A stretch of DNA of 64,000 nucleotides from NCBI GenBank assembly GCA_027623675.1, contig JAQBVF010000012.1:24350-88349 (forward strand). The letters are read 5' to 3'. Positions 1 to 10,800 of the stretch are shown here, piece after piece (the stretch's first letter is position 1; each line of letters begins with the position of its first letter). The position numbers and the translations under genes were made by a program. The DNA comes from Chloroflexota bacterium. Its GTDB lineage: Bacteria; Chloroflexota; Dehalococcoidia; Lucifugimonadales; UBA3495. A model generated the notes under the pieces. The model was not told where the DNA came from and did no database searches. It saw only the letters and a program-made list of their open reading frames with translations.

Positions 1-391
1 CGCTCTCCCCCACCCGGTCCTCAAAGTCCTTCAAGAATATGTTGTGCATCCAGTTGTGGACCGAGTCCGGGGTGTCGAACAGGTGGACCACCGAAGCCGC
101 CATGAAGTTGAACCCGTCGATCATCGCCATGTTGGATGTGGGGCCAAGCTCCCGCATGACTCCGGTGACCCGCCCCGCCTGAATGAAGCGCGCGGCGGTG
201 CTCCCTGCGAACCCGTTCTGGGCCAAAGTTTCGTTATCGAGAACCCCTTCCCGAATCACCTGGTGACTTTGAAATTCCTCTGGGAACTGCAGCTTCTCCA
301 GGACCATGCTATCCAGGGCGCTCTCGCCGATGCTGTAAGTCGCCCTGTCGAGTGAGAAACTTGTCAAACCTGTCTCCTGTTTCTTGGACAT
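1..391 (-). CDS. Hypothetical protein, 5' part (runs off the window start)
   Basis: Manual translation from ATG at 391 (preceded by AGAGG): MSKKQETGLTSFSLDRATYSIGE...WMHNIFLKDFEDRVGES, open to base 1. Not in the ORF track. Confidence 0.7.
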   Translation of the reverse strand, partial: MSKKQETGLTSFSLDRATYSIGESALDSMVLEKLQFPEEFQSHQVIREGVLDNETLAQNGFAGSTAARFIQAGRVTGVMRELGPTSNMAMIDGFNFMAASVVHLFDTPDSVHNWMHNIFLKDFEDRVGES

Positions 392-478
392 GCCTCTAAT
401 GCCCTTACGCCGGGCTGCTTGTCCGGGCTGTTAGTTAAGAAGCCGTGACCCCGTGATCAGCGTGACTAGATTGAAGGG

Positions 479-1537
479 CTAGCCGCAGACCATGGGGTAC
501 ACGTGCAGGGACCGGGAGATCTCGCGGGGGAGGTTGCTCCTGGACCAACTGGCGCCCCGGTCAGAGCTGCTGTACACCTCGCCGCTGTACGCCGCGCAGT
601 AGATGTGGTCGGGGGCGGCCCGGTCGATGGCGATCCCCATCATGCGTCCGGGCGCGGTCTCGCCCAGGTCCAGCCGGTCCCAGGTCTCGCCCACGTCTTG
701 GCTGCGGAATAGAGCACCGGCCTGGACCGTGTCGGGAGGAGCGGCCCCGCCGCCGGCCCCGGCTGCCAGGTAGATGGTCTTGGGGTCGTCGGGCGCAACC
801 AGCAGGTCGCGGCAGTACGAACCGCCGGGGAACATCTCTTCCACCTGAACGTGCTCCCAGCGCTTGCCTTTGTCCCGGCTGCGGAACATGGCCGTCTGCG
901 TGGCAATGTGCACGGTGCCCGGGGCGGCCGCGCTGACCTGTACCTGGTGCAGGTCCAGGGTGTTGTTCTTGATGTATGGCCCGTCGATCATGGACACCCA
1001 GGTCTCGCCGCCGTCACGGCTCGCCAGCAGGCCGCCGACCTCGATGGCCGCGTAGATGTCCTGGGGATGGGACGGGTCGTAGGCCATGCCGATGACCCGC
1101 TTGCCGGTGGGAGGCATATAGGTCGTGATGTGGGGGTAGGTTACCTGGCTGGTGTCCATCACTTCCCAAGTGTCGCCGCCGTCCTTGGAACGGGAGACCG
1201 AGCAAGGGTCGTAACCGGCCAAGATCACATCGGGGTTATCTGGATGTATCGCAAAGGACCAGACCTCCCCTGGAGCGCCCGTGCCGGCCAATTCTTCCCA
1301 AGTCTCACCCCGGTCTTTGGAGCGAAAGACGCCCTTGTGGGTGCCGGCGAAAACGACCTTGGGGTCGTCGGGCCGGATGGCTAGGGCGCGCACCTGCGGG
1401 TTGTCGGGCAGGCCCTTGGCGATGTCGATCCAGTCATCCTCACCGTCGGCGCGGCGCAGCATGCCGCCCTCGCCGATGTAGTCGCCTTCTCCGGCCAGGC
1501 CGATATATACGTAAGTCCGGTGGTCTGAGACTACCAT
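479..1537 (-). CDS. BNR/Asp-box repeat beta-propeller protein (YCF48/VPS10/sialidase-like)
   Basis: Repeated SxDxGxTW Asp-boxes (SKDRGETW, SKDGGDTW, SRDGGETW, SQDVGETW, SSDRGASW); GGAGG RBS. Confidence 0.85.
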   Translation of the reverse strand: MVVSDHRTYVYIGLAGEGDYIGEGGMLRRADGEDDWIDIAKGLPDNPQVRALAIRPDDPKVVFAGTHKGVFRSKDRGETWEELAGTGAPGEVWSFAIHPDNPDVILAGYDPCSVSRSKDGGDTWEVMDTSQVTYPHITTYMPPTGKRVIGMAYDPSHPQDIYAAIEVGGLLASRDGGETWVSMIDGPYIKNNTLDLHQVQVSAAAPGTVHIATQTAMFRSRDKGKRWEHVQVEEMFPGGSYCRDLLVAPDDPKTIYLAAGAGGGAAPPDTVQAGALFRSQDVGETWDRLDLGETAPGRMMGIAIDRAAPDHIYCAAYSGEVYSSSDRGASWSRSNLPREISRSLHVYPMVCG

Positions 1538-1765
1538 GTTCTACCTCCAGCCTTATTTCAGTCCGAGTTTAAGATACATGAATTCTTGGTAAATTCCACC
1601 CAGATGTCAAGTTGAACATTTCGTTGATGACTTCGTTAATGATTTCGACGAGCGTGGATCCGCGCGGCCTATGGCGCGCCGCACCAGTCTGCGGTAGTAT
1701 TTAACGCGCACGGCAGCGGGCCTTAAAAGAGCCCAATCAGGCCAGATATATTCGCAGGGTTATTC

Positions 1766-2464
1766 ATGAAAAACAAGATTTACGAATCCATGGATGCCGC
1801 AGTCGCGGACATCCCCGACGGCGTCACCATATTCAGCCCCGGCTTCGGCGGAGTGGGCGTGCCCCGGAACCTGCTGGCGGCGCTGAACCGGCAGGGCGCC
1901 AAAGGCTTGACCGCCGTGTCAAACAACGCCGGGTCATTGGACAACCTGGTGGATGTGGGCACGCTGGTGGAGGCGGGACAGATCAAGAAGATGATCTGCG
2001 CCTTCACTGCTTCGCCGCACCCGTCCAACGTCACGCCATTCACCCGGATGTACAACAACGACGAGATCGAAGCCGAGTTGGTGCCCCAGGGCACGCTGGC
2101 TGAGCGTATCCGCATCGCCGCCGCTGGCATCGGCGGCTTCTACACGCCAACCTCGGTGGGCACCGAACTGGCCGAGGGAAAGGAACACCGGGAGATCAAC
2201 GGCCGGATGCAAGTGCTGGAACACCCGCTGCCGGGCGATTACGCCCTAATCCGCTGCTGGAAGGCGGACACCGCCGGCAACCTGGTCTTCCGCCTAACCC
2301 AGCGTAACTTCAATCCTCTGATGGCCATGGCCGCCAAGGTAACGATCGTGGAAGTGGAGAACGACATCTTGGAGGCTGGGCAGCTGGACCCCGACCTGAT
2401 CCATGTTTCAGGCATCTACGTCAACCGCATGGTGCGCATCCCCGAAGACGGCATCTGGGAATAG
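1766..2464 (+). CDS. 3-oxoacid CoA-transferase subunit A (ScoA/PcaI family)
   Basis: AVADIPDG, GFGGVGVP, PQGTLAERIR, GIGGFYTPT, RNFNPLMAMAA motifs. Confidence 0.92.
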   Translation: MKNKIYESMDAAVADIPDGVTIFSPGFGGVGVPRNLLAALNRQGAKGLTAVSNNAGSLDNLVDVGTLVEAGQIKKMICAFTASPHPSNVTPFTRMYNNDEIEAELVPQGTLAERIRIAAAGIGGFYTPTSVGTELAEGKEHREINGRMQVLEHPLPGDYALIRCWKADTAGNLVFRLTQRNFNPLMAMAAKVTIVEVENDILEAGQLDPDLIHVSGIYVNRMVRIPEDGIWE

Positions 2465-2521
2465 CAAGAAATCGGTCAGCTGTCGGTTAACAGCAACCAC
2501 CTGAAAAACGGAGATCAACGA

Positions 2522-3196
2522 ATGGCTGAAAAAGTGAAACTGGACCGTCAGGCGATGTGCGACCGCCTGGCCATGGAATTCCAAGACGGCTGGATCGTAA
2601 ACCTGGGCGTGGGCATGCCGACCTTGTGTTCCAACTACGAGGACCCCAGCAGGGAGATCATCAACCACTCGGAGAATGGAGTGATTGGCTACGGCCCTCT
2701 GGCCAAGGAGGGCGAGGAAGACCGCCACCTGGTCAACGCTGGCGGACAAAAGGTCACGGCCCTACCGGGGATGGCCTGCGTTCACCACGCCGACTCGTTC
2801 ATGATGATCCGCGGCGGCATGATCGACGTCACGGTGATGGGCGCCTATGAGGTTGCGGAGAACGGCGACTTCGCCAACTGGCGCATCCCCAGCCGCAAGG
2901 GCGGCGGGATCGGTGGGGCCATGGACCTGGCCGCCTGCGCCAAGCGGGTGTTCATCGCCATGGAGCACAACACCAGAGATGGCGGCTTCAAGCTGCTGAA
3001 GAAGTGCTCTCTGCCCATCACCGCCCCCGGAGTGGTGAAGATGCTTGTTACCGACCTGGGTCTTTTCGAGATAACGCCAGAAGGTTTCAAGCTGGTCGAG
3101 CACGCCCCCGGCTGGACCCCGGAAGAGATACAAGAACGGACCGAGGCCAAGCTGATTATCCCCAGCGACCTCAAGCAGTTCCGGTTCCGCGATTAG
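2522..3196 (+). CDS. 3-oxoacid CoA-transferase subunit B (ScoB/PcaJ family)
   Basis: VNLGVGMPT, SENG catalytic Glu motif, GDFANW, GGAMDL; directly follows subunit A. Confidence 0.92.
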   Translation: MAEKVKLDRQAMCDRLAMEFQDGWIVNLGVGMPTLCSNYEDPSREIINHSENGVIGYGPLAKEGEEDRHLVNAGGQKVTALPGMACVHHADSFMMIRGGMIDVTVMGAYEVAENGDFANWRIPSRKGGGIGGAMDLAACAKRVFIAMEHNTRDGGFKLLKKCSLPITAPGVVKMLVTDLGLFEITPEGFKLVEHAPGWTPEEIQERTEAKLIIPSDLKQFRFRD

Positions 3197-3219
3197 CTCC
3201 AAAGCACTGGAATCAGCAC

Positions 3220-3255
3220 AAAAAGCCCGGCCGCATCTTGTGGCCGGGCTTTTTT
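3220..3255. terminator. Bidirectional intrinsic terminator
   Basis: AAAAAGCCCGGCC-GCATCTTGT-GGCCGGGCTTTTTT between convergent genes. Confidence 0.85.
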
Positions 3256-3279
3256 GTCGCTGGTCCCACGGCTGAGGGC

Positions 3280-4029
3280 CTAGAAGAACTGTGTTCCGCC
3301 GTTCACGTGGAGGGTCTGGCCGGTCATGAAGCCGCAGTCGTCGTTGATCAGGAACATGGCGGCGGCCGCGATGTCGTCCACGCTGCCCAGCCGGCCTATG
3401 GGGATGTCCGACGTGTCGGTCATTCCGCCTTGGGGATACCAGGCCAGGTCTCTGGTGGTGTCGATGCGGCCCGGGGATATGACGTTCACGCGGATGTTCT
3501 TGGGCGCGAACTCGGATGCCAGCCCTCTGGCCAGGCCGATGACGCCCATCTTGGCGGCCGACACGTGGGAGCGGGTGGCCGTGCCCGTGAATGCGCCGTC
3601 GCCGGTGAAGAACACGATTCTGCCGTACTCGTTCTGGGCCATGTGCGGCATGGCGGCATGGGCGCAGTAGAAGGCCCCGTCCAGCACCACGCCGCGCACC
3701 CATTCCCAGTCCTCCAATGTCAGTTCGGTGAAGGGTTTGCGGGGCCGGATGGCGGCATTGCTAACCAGGATATCCACGCCTCCGAACTGTTCCGAGGCGG
3801 CGGCGAACATGTTGGTGACCTGTTGGTGGTCTGAAACGTCGGCGATAAACGGGAGGGCCTCCACACCCAGAGCACGGGCCTCGGCGGCCACCGATTCAGC
3901 CTCATCTTTGTTGCTTCGCGCGTTCACCACCACGTTGGCGCCGTCGGCGGCCAGCTTGAGGATGATGGCCCGGCCGATGTTGCGGCCGGAGCCGGTCACC
4001 AAGGCTGTTTTACCTTCCAATCGCTTCAT
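3280..4029 (-). CDS. Short-chain dehydrogenase/reductase (FabG-like)
   Basis: TGSGRNIG NAD(P) motif, SNAA, NIRVNVISPG, TGQTLHVNGG. The catalytic YxxxK appears as VSAAK (no Tyr). Start placed at MKRLEGK (GAGG upstream). Confidence 0.88.
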   Translation of the reverse strand: MKRLEGKTALVTGSGRNIGRAIILKLAADGANVVVNARSNKDEAESVAAEARALGVEALPFIADVSDHQQVTNMFAAASEQFGGVDILVSNAAIRPRKPFTELTLEDWEWVRGVVLDGAFYCAHAAMPHMAQNEYGRIVFFTGDGAFTGTATRSHVSAAKMGVIGLARGLASEFAPKNIRVNVISPGRIDTTRDLAWYPQGGMTDTSDIPIGRLGSVDDIAAAAMFLINDDCGFMTGQTLHVNGGTQFF

Positions 4030-4457
4030 TTCATGACCTCGGATAATGTGTTCGGTCAAGCCTGGCAGTCACGGATGGACCCCGCCTCCAGGCAGTGGGC
4101 GGATTATAGCATGGGGGATTCTGCCCTTTGGCTAACGCGGGAAAGCTCAATCGCAAATGACCCCGCGGGTTCGGCCAACTCCCGGCAGCAAGACCCTCCC
4201 AACCGCCTTTACAAAGGGGGCCAAGGGGGATCTTGCGCTGCGCAGCAGACCCGAGAGTATCCCCAACCGATCCCCGTTGCCGACGGCTCATAGCGAAAAG
4301 GGAATCGGGGCATCTGGCCTGAATTAGACCGGAACCCACATGAACGTCGTATAATTCAGCGCTGTGATGTCAATTATCAAGATTCTATCCGGCCTGTCCA
4401 CAGGCGGTAGGCCAGTGATGACGGGCACTACCGGGCTGGGGGCAAGCTAAGAGGCAC

Positions 4458-7400
4458 ATGCGGCTTCTTTCGTTGGTCCTTTGGCTGTTGCGCCGGCGGC
4501 TGGGCCACTCCTGGCTTTTGCTGGCCGTTACGTCCTTTGGAATCCTGGCATCAGTGACGATCATGTCCACCGGCGCCCTGTACTCCCGCGCACTGGGCGA
4601 GGCCGGCCTGCGCCATTCTTTGGCTTCGGTTAGGCCCGAGGTGCTCGACGTCCAGGTTATTTCCCAGAACCGCCCCTTGGGCCGGGCCGACTACGTGCCG
4701 CTGCAACAACTGGTCCAAGACTCGTCCCTCGACCGCCTGGGTCCCATGCTGCGGGGAACCGAGAGGTACGGCCGCACGCAGCCCAATCTCCCGCTGCTGA
4801 CCACGCCCAGATCGCCGGTCATCGGCGCTCCGTCGGGGCGTCCCTTCTTCCTGTCAGGCTTCGAAGAGCACACCAGACTCACGGAAGGCCGCTGGCCCAA
4901 CAGCGGCAGCCAACGGGAAACCGGCGACATCGAGATGGTGCTGGGGGCTGAGACGTCCCGCAAGCTTAGCTACGGGGTGGGAGACCGGGTTTTCTTGATG
5001 CCGCGCCGCGTGTCGCCGGAACGGATCTCGTTCAGGGTGGTCGGACTGGCCGAGCCGTTGGACGCCCGCGAAGAATACTGGATGGGCGCGGCGGTCTACT
5101 TCGACCTGGGGTCGGTGGGCGAAACGGTGGTCGCGCCCATGTTCGTCACCGAGGACGACTTCTTCGAGGGCATCGGCCGGCCTTACCCCACTCTGGTGGG
5201 CGACTTCGGCTTCTTCCTTTTCTTGGACCCAGGCTACCTGGACGCCGGCAATGCCGACGTGGTGAAGCAGCAGGTCGACGCCCTCGAGACCGACCTGAAC
5301 AAACAGTTCCCCCGGACGTTGGTCCTGAGCCGCCTGGGTCTTACCATTGACGAATTCAACCGGGCTCTCACTCTGGCCAAGGTCCCCCTTTATCTGTATC
5401 TGTCTTTGGTGGTCGTGGTCGTCCTGTACTTCCTGGCTCTGATCACCGGGACCTTGGGGCGCAGTCAGGCCGAGGAAGCGGGGATGCTCCGCAGCCGGGG
5501 CGCCAGCGTGCTCCAGGTGAGCGGCGTGTTGGCTCTGGCGGAGGGAGTGGTGGCCCTGGCGGCAATCATCGCCGGACCGTTCTTGGCCTGGATGATTGTG
5601 AGGTCGCTGCTGCTGGACACCATCAACCCCGGAGGCGAGTTCGACACCCCCATACCCCTGGGTTTGGCCGGGGACATGTTCTGGATGGGGGCGTTGGGCG
5701 GCCTGCTCGCCCTGGTGGTGCTGCTGGCAACCGCGGTGGGACGGGCCAGGATGGGCACGCTGGAATCCATGCTATCGAGGGCTAGACCGCCATCGGTGCC
5801 CTTCTTGCACCGCTACTATCTGGATATTCTGGCCGTCTTGGCGGTCGCCGTGGTCTGGTATCAGGTGCGGGGGCGTGACGGGTTCGTGGCTGAGGGGCTG
5901 GCGTCCCAGGGAGTCGACATCGACCCGACATTGGTGATTGGCCCGGTTATGGGTTTATTCGCCGCCGCCGTCTTGCTGCTGCGGGCGTTGCCCCTGGCGG
6001 TCAGGCTGCTGGCTTGGGCGGGAAACCGCGCCGGCGCCGCCTGGTTCCAATTCTCCGTATTGAGGCTGGCCCGCGACCCCATTCCCCACGGCTCTCTGGC
6101 GGTGATCCTGATGCTGGCGGCGGCCTTGGGTGTGTTCGGGGCCACCTTCCAGTCCAGCCTGTCCCAGGCGCAAAGCGACCGGGCGCGCCATAGTGTGGGC
6201 GGCGACTTGGTTGTGCGGGGGCCGGCCCTTCCCGTCGACGCCCCGGAGAAACTGGCGGCCATACCCGGAGTGCGGACGGTTAGCCCCATCTTCAGGGACT
6301 CTTACATTCCCCTGGACGGTCCACTGGGCGAGAATGTGGACCTGTTGGGGGTGGAACCCCGCGCTCTGACCGAGGCGGCCTGGTTCAGAGACGACTTCTT
6401 CCCCGGCGGTCTTCCGGCCATCAGTAAACTGCTCCGGCCCCGGCCCTTCCCGTCCAACCTGGCGGGCACCGGGATCGTCTTGCCCCAGGACACCGAGTCC
6501 GTGGGCGTGTGGGTCGATAGCAGCGCGATAGCCGGGCGGGGCCTGCTTGCCGACCTAAACATGTGGGCCAGGGTAATGACGGCCTCCGGCTTTTACCGCA
6601 CCATTTCCCTGGGCGGCATCCAGGGTCCGGGCACGAGCAACACGCCGGGACCCACGCGCACCGAGGGCCGGTGGCAGTTATTCATCGGAAACCTTCCCGA
6701 AGCCCGCCCCCCGGCCTCGCTGCCCTTCGAGTTGGTGTCCATCTTCTTCTCCACCAGTCCCACCGCGCGGCTGGCCACGGGGGTGCTGCACCTGGACGAC
6801 ATCACCACGTTCGGCCCGTCGTCTGGCCCTGAAGGTTCCGTCGTGGAAGGGTTCGAGGGAATGACACCTTGGACACCGCTGCCGAATCAGGGTCAGACCG
6901 CCGACGTGGTGCGCCGGGCCGGTGGCAGCGCCAAGAACGGCGGGGCGGGTCTTGAGTTCTCCTGGCAAGAGCCGTTTGGGTTGGGCCAAAGAGGCATCCA
7001 ATTGCCACCGGGCCCGTTCCCCATACCGGCCATCGGCAGTCCCGTGTTTCAAGTGGGACAGCAGCTACGGTTGAGATTGGGGAACCTGGCGGTGCCCCTG
7101 CGATTCGTGGGTCAGGCGACCCATTTCCCTACGCTCGACCCCAGCCGGAGACCCTTCGTGCTGGTGGACCTGGCCGACTACCGCGAATACGTGCGGCGTC
7201 TGCCGGAGAACACGCTGGAGCCGCCCGAAGAGATGTGGCTCGCGTTGGACCCGGATGCCGACCGGAACGGCGTCATCGCCCAGGTGCCGGAGCGGATACG
7301 AGGACTCATCTCCATCAGGGACCGGGAATCGGTGGCGGACTTCGCCGAGCGCAACCCCCTGGCAGGCGGCGGCTGGAACGGCCTCACCATCTTCAGCATG

Positions 7401-7793
7401 GTGGCCATCGGGATCGCCGTGCTGCTTACCCTTACCGTTCACGCCATCGTGTCCATCCGCATGGGCCGCATGGATCTGGCCGTGGCCCGGGTGCTGGGCT
7501 TCTCGCGCCGGCAACTCTTTCTATCGTTGGCCACGGAGCGGCTGATCGTTGCCGTGCTGGCCATCGCCGCCGGCGCCGCCATGGGCTACTGGCCTGGCCT
7601 GGAAGTTCTGGAACTGGTGGACCTATCGCCCCAGGGAGGCGGTTCCGTGCCGCCGTTCGCGCCGTCGGTCCAGGGTTGGCTGATGGCCGGTGTGCTGTCG
7701 GGGCTGCTGGCGGCGTCTCTGCTGTCGGTTGGGTTCGCCGTGGTGGCGGCCCGGAGGCTGAACACCGCCGAAGTGCTAAGGGGCGGCTCCTGA
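4458..7793 (+). CDS. Large FtsX/MacB-type ABC transporter permease (1111 aa)
   Basis: Several hydrophobic segments, two FtsX-type motifs (MLRSRGAS; ARVLGFSRRQL), large extracytoplasmic regions. Confidence 0.85.
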   Translation: MRLLSLVLWLLRRRLGHSWLLLAVTSFGILASVTIMSTGALYSRALGEAGLRHSLASVRPEVLDVQVISQNRPLGRADYVPLQQLVQDSSLDRLGPMLRGTERYGRTQPNLPLLTTPRSPVIGAPSGRPFFLSGFEEHTRLTEGRWPNSGSQRETGDIEMVLGAETSRKLSYGVGDRVFLMPRRVSPERISFRVVGLAEPLDAREEYWMGAAVYFDLGSVGETVVAPMFVTEDDFFEGIGRPYPTLVGDFGFFLFLDPGYLDAGNADVVKQQVDALETDLNKQFPRTLVLSRLGLTIDEFNRALTLAKVPLYLYLSLVVVVVLYFLALITGTLGRSQAEEAGMLRSRGASVLQVSGVLALAEGVVALAAIIAGPFLAWMIVRSLLLDTINPGGEFDTPIPLGLAGDMFWMGALGGLLALVVLLATAVGRARMGTLESMLSRARPPSVPFLHRYYLDILAVLAVAVVWYQVRGRDGFVAEGLASQGVDIDPTLVIGPVMGLFAAAVLLLRALPLAVRLLAWAGNRAGAAWFQFSVLRLARDPIPHGSLAVILMLAAALGVFGATFQSSLSQAQSDRARHSVGGDLVVRGPALPVDAPEKLAAIPGVRTVSPIFRDSYIPLDGPLGENVDLLGVEPRALTEAAWFRDDFFPGGLPAISKLLRPRPFPSNLAGTGIVLPQDTESVGVWVDSSAIAGRGLLADLNMWARVMTASGFYRTISLGGIQGPGTSNTPGPTRTEGRWQLFIGNLPEARPPASLPFELVSIFFSTSPTARLATGVLHLDDITTFGPSSGPEGSVVEGFEGMTPWTPLPNQGQTADVVRRAGGSAKNGGAGLEFSWQEPFGLGQRGIQLPPGPFPIPAIGSPVFQVGQQLRLRLGNLAVPLRFVGQATHFPTLDPSRRPFVLVDLADYREYVRRLPENTLEPPEEMWLALDPDADRNGVIAQVPERIRGLISIRDRESVADFAERNPLAGGGWNGLTIFSMVAIGIAVLLTLTVHAIVSIRMGRMDLAVARVLGFSRRQLFLSLATERLIVAVLAIAAGAAMGYWPGLEVLELVDLSPQGGGSVPPFAPSVQGWLMAGVLSGLLAASLLSVGFAVVAARRLNTAEVLRGGS

Positions 7794-7857
7794 TGGTAAT
7801 GGAGCGTAGATTGGAGATGAAACTCACGGTGACTGCGGACCCGGAAGGCGCAACGCC

Positions 7858-10800
7858 ATGACCGGCATGATTCGTTTCGCCTACGTGATGGCGGTCCGGC
7901 GTGCCGTGTCCGGCTGGCGGCTGGAAGCTGTGCTCTTCGGGGGCATGCTGCTGGCGGTGGCCCTGATGGCCAGCGGTGTTATCTTCTCCGACCTGTTGTC
8001 CAACGCCTCCCTGCGCCACACCCTGCGTCAAGCGCCGCTGGAGGATGTCAACTTCTGGATGCGTTCTTTCAGCAGCCAGGACGAACCGGCCACGGTTGAG
8101 GGACGCCGCGCGGTGTACCGGGAACGCTTGGATTTCGCCCAAAACCGAGTGTTTGAGCCCTTCTCCCCCTACCTGAAGGAACAGGCGCGGATACTGGATA
8201 CCGCCACCTTCTACTTCCGGGGCCACCCCCAACTGGAACTGGCCAATGAGGTGCGGCCCCGAGGCTCAATCATCTACATGTCGGGCTTGACTCCGGACCG
8301 GGTCACCCTGACCCAGGGCAGTTGGCTGGAGGCGGAGAACGCGGTTGGGCCGTCTGGCTCCCCGGTGGACGTGATGGTTGACGGGTTGGGCCTGGAGTTG
8401 CTCGGCTTGGAAGTGGGCCAGGTGATGGACGTCTACCCGGCGGCATCGTTCAGCGACCCGCCAACCATGCCCGTCCGCATCGCCGGCGTGTTCGAGCGGA
8501 ACGATCCGGACGACGAGTTCTGGTTCGGCGTTCAGGGGGGTTTCAGCCTACAGAACGACCGGTGGACGATCATTCCTTTGTTCACCACCGAGGAGATGGT
8601 CACAGACCAGGTCTTGGGCGTTTACCCGACGCTGTACACCGACGTTACCTGGTACTACTACCTGGACCGTGAGCGCCTGCGCGCCAGCGACGTGGACCAA
8701 CTACAAGAAACGGTGCGGCTGGCCGAGCACGAAATCAAGTTCAACCTGAAGAACTCCAGCTCCCACATCCGGCTGGACACCCTGCTCAGCAGCTTCGACG
8801 AGCAACTTTTGCTGGCCCGGGTGCCTCTGTTCCTGGTGGTGTTCTTGATCACCGGGATACTGCTGTATTACCTGGCGCTGGTGGCCGGGTTGGTCGTCCG
8901 TTCCCGTTCCAACGAGATCGCCATGCTGAAAAGCCGGGGCGCCACCACCGCCCAGGTGGGGATACTTGGCCTTGGCGAGGGCCTGCTGCTGGGGATACCG
9001 GCGGTAATCATCGGGCCGTTCCTGGCGATGGGTGTGGTCAAAGTGCTGGGCAACGTCTTTTTCAGCCTGGGCGGGGGATCCGAGGAGCTGGCGGGAGTGC
9101 CGGTGAGCGTGTCGCAAGGGGCGGTCATTTTGGGTCTGGCCGGCGGGGCGCTGGCGGTGGCGGTGTTCACGCTGGCGACATTGGCGGCGGCCCGGCACGG
9201 AATAGTCGAAGCCAGGCAAACCGGCGCCAGACCGCCCACGGTGTCCTTCCTGCATCGCTACTACCTGGACCTGCTGGCGCTGGCATTGATCGGGATGCTC
9301 TGGTGGCAGATACAGAGCCGGGGCGCGTTCCTGGTCCAATCGGTCGGCAGCCGGGAGTTGGAGATCGACTATAGCCTGCTGCTGGGGCCGGTGCTGGGCC
9401 TGCTGGCCGTGGGGCTGCTGGTGATGCGCTTCTTCCCCTGGCTGGCCCTGCTCTTGTCGTGGCTCAGCGGGCCCGTCGCCCCGTCCTGGCTGGTCCACGC
9501 ACTGCGTCATGTGGCCCGCGACCCCATGGTGCCCGGCATGCTGATCGTGCTTCTGACCATGGCCACCGCTTTGGGCGTCATCGGCAGCGCGTTCAGCGCC
9601 ACACTGGAGCGGAGCCAAACCGAGCGCGCCCGGTACGCCGCGGGGGCAGACCTTAGGGTGCGTCACAGTGGGGTTTCCAGCGCGGACCCCGGCGGGAGTT
9701 TCGCCGAAACGGTCCAAGACAACCCCGCCGTGGCCCACGCCGCCGATGTCTTTAGGACCAACGGTCAGATCACGGCCACCGGGTTCAGCACGCCGGCAAC
9801 CGTGCTGGCAGTGGATGCCTCCCGCATCGCCGACGTGGCCTGGTTCAGGGACGACTTCTCCGGAGGAGATTCCCTGCAAGATATCGCGGGGCTGCTTCAG
9901 GACGGCGGCGATCCTCCAAAAGGGATCCCCCTGCCCAGAGGCGCCACGGGGCTGTCCATCTGGGTGCAGCCCGCCGGGTTGGATTCTGGAGCCAATCTCT
10001 GGGCCAGGCTGCGCGACGCCAACGGACGCTACTTCGACACCTGGATCGGCGGTCTGGCTGAGCCAGGTTGGAACCGGCTCGATGCCGACCTTACTCCCGT
10101 GGACGCCGCCGGACGCCGGTTCATCGATCAGACCCGCGAGGTATTCCTGCAGGCACCATATTCCCTTGAGTCGTTCCAGGTGACCAACCGCTTCGGCACC
10201 TTTGGCGGCGATGACCTTGGGTCATTGTTCCTGGGGAGCCTGGACGCCATCACGCCCGGAGGGCAGGTCGAATTGGCCGATTTCCGGACGGCGCGAGGCT
10301 GGTCGGTGATTCAGGATTTCTCCCGGCCCGGACTGTACGCGCTTGAAACCAGCGGGTCGGCGGGTGGCGACCGGTTCCCCTCGTCCACCAGGTTCAGTTG
10401 GGCCAGCGGCGGAGTTGGCATGCGCGGCTTCAGACCCGGCGAAACCGAGGCGCCCGTGCCGGCGGTGGTGAATGAGGATTTTTTGAAGATCGCCGATGCC
10501 TCGGTGGGTGACGACGTGATACTTGGTCTCTCCACCTACTCCCTGATGGTGCGCATCGCGGGCGTGGCCAACTACTTCCCCACCCTGGACCCTGGGGACA
10601 AGCCTTTCGCGGTGGTGGACCTGGACCGCCTCGTGTCCGCGTCCGCTCAGCACAGTCCGGTGACCATGGCCGGGGCCAACGAGTTGTGGGTTGACCTTGC
10701 GCCAAGCAGTGATACCGGGGCGGACCCACGCGTGGGAGATGGGTCCCCGGTGAACGCGGTGGATACCACTGCGTTGATCGGCGCATCGGGGATACGGGTT

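Noticed and set aside
4190..4235. ncRNA in the CCCTCCC...AAAGGGGGCCAAGGGGGAT stretch (similar case near 61640-61680)
   Set aside because: Looks like a degenerate REP-type palindrome; too decayed to call.
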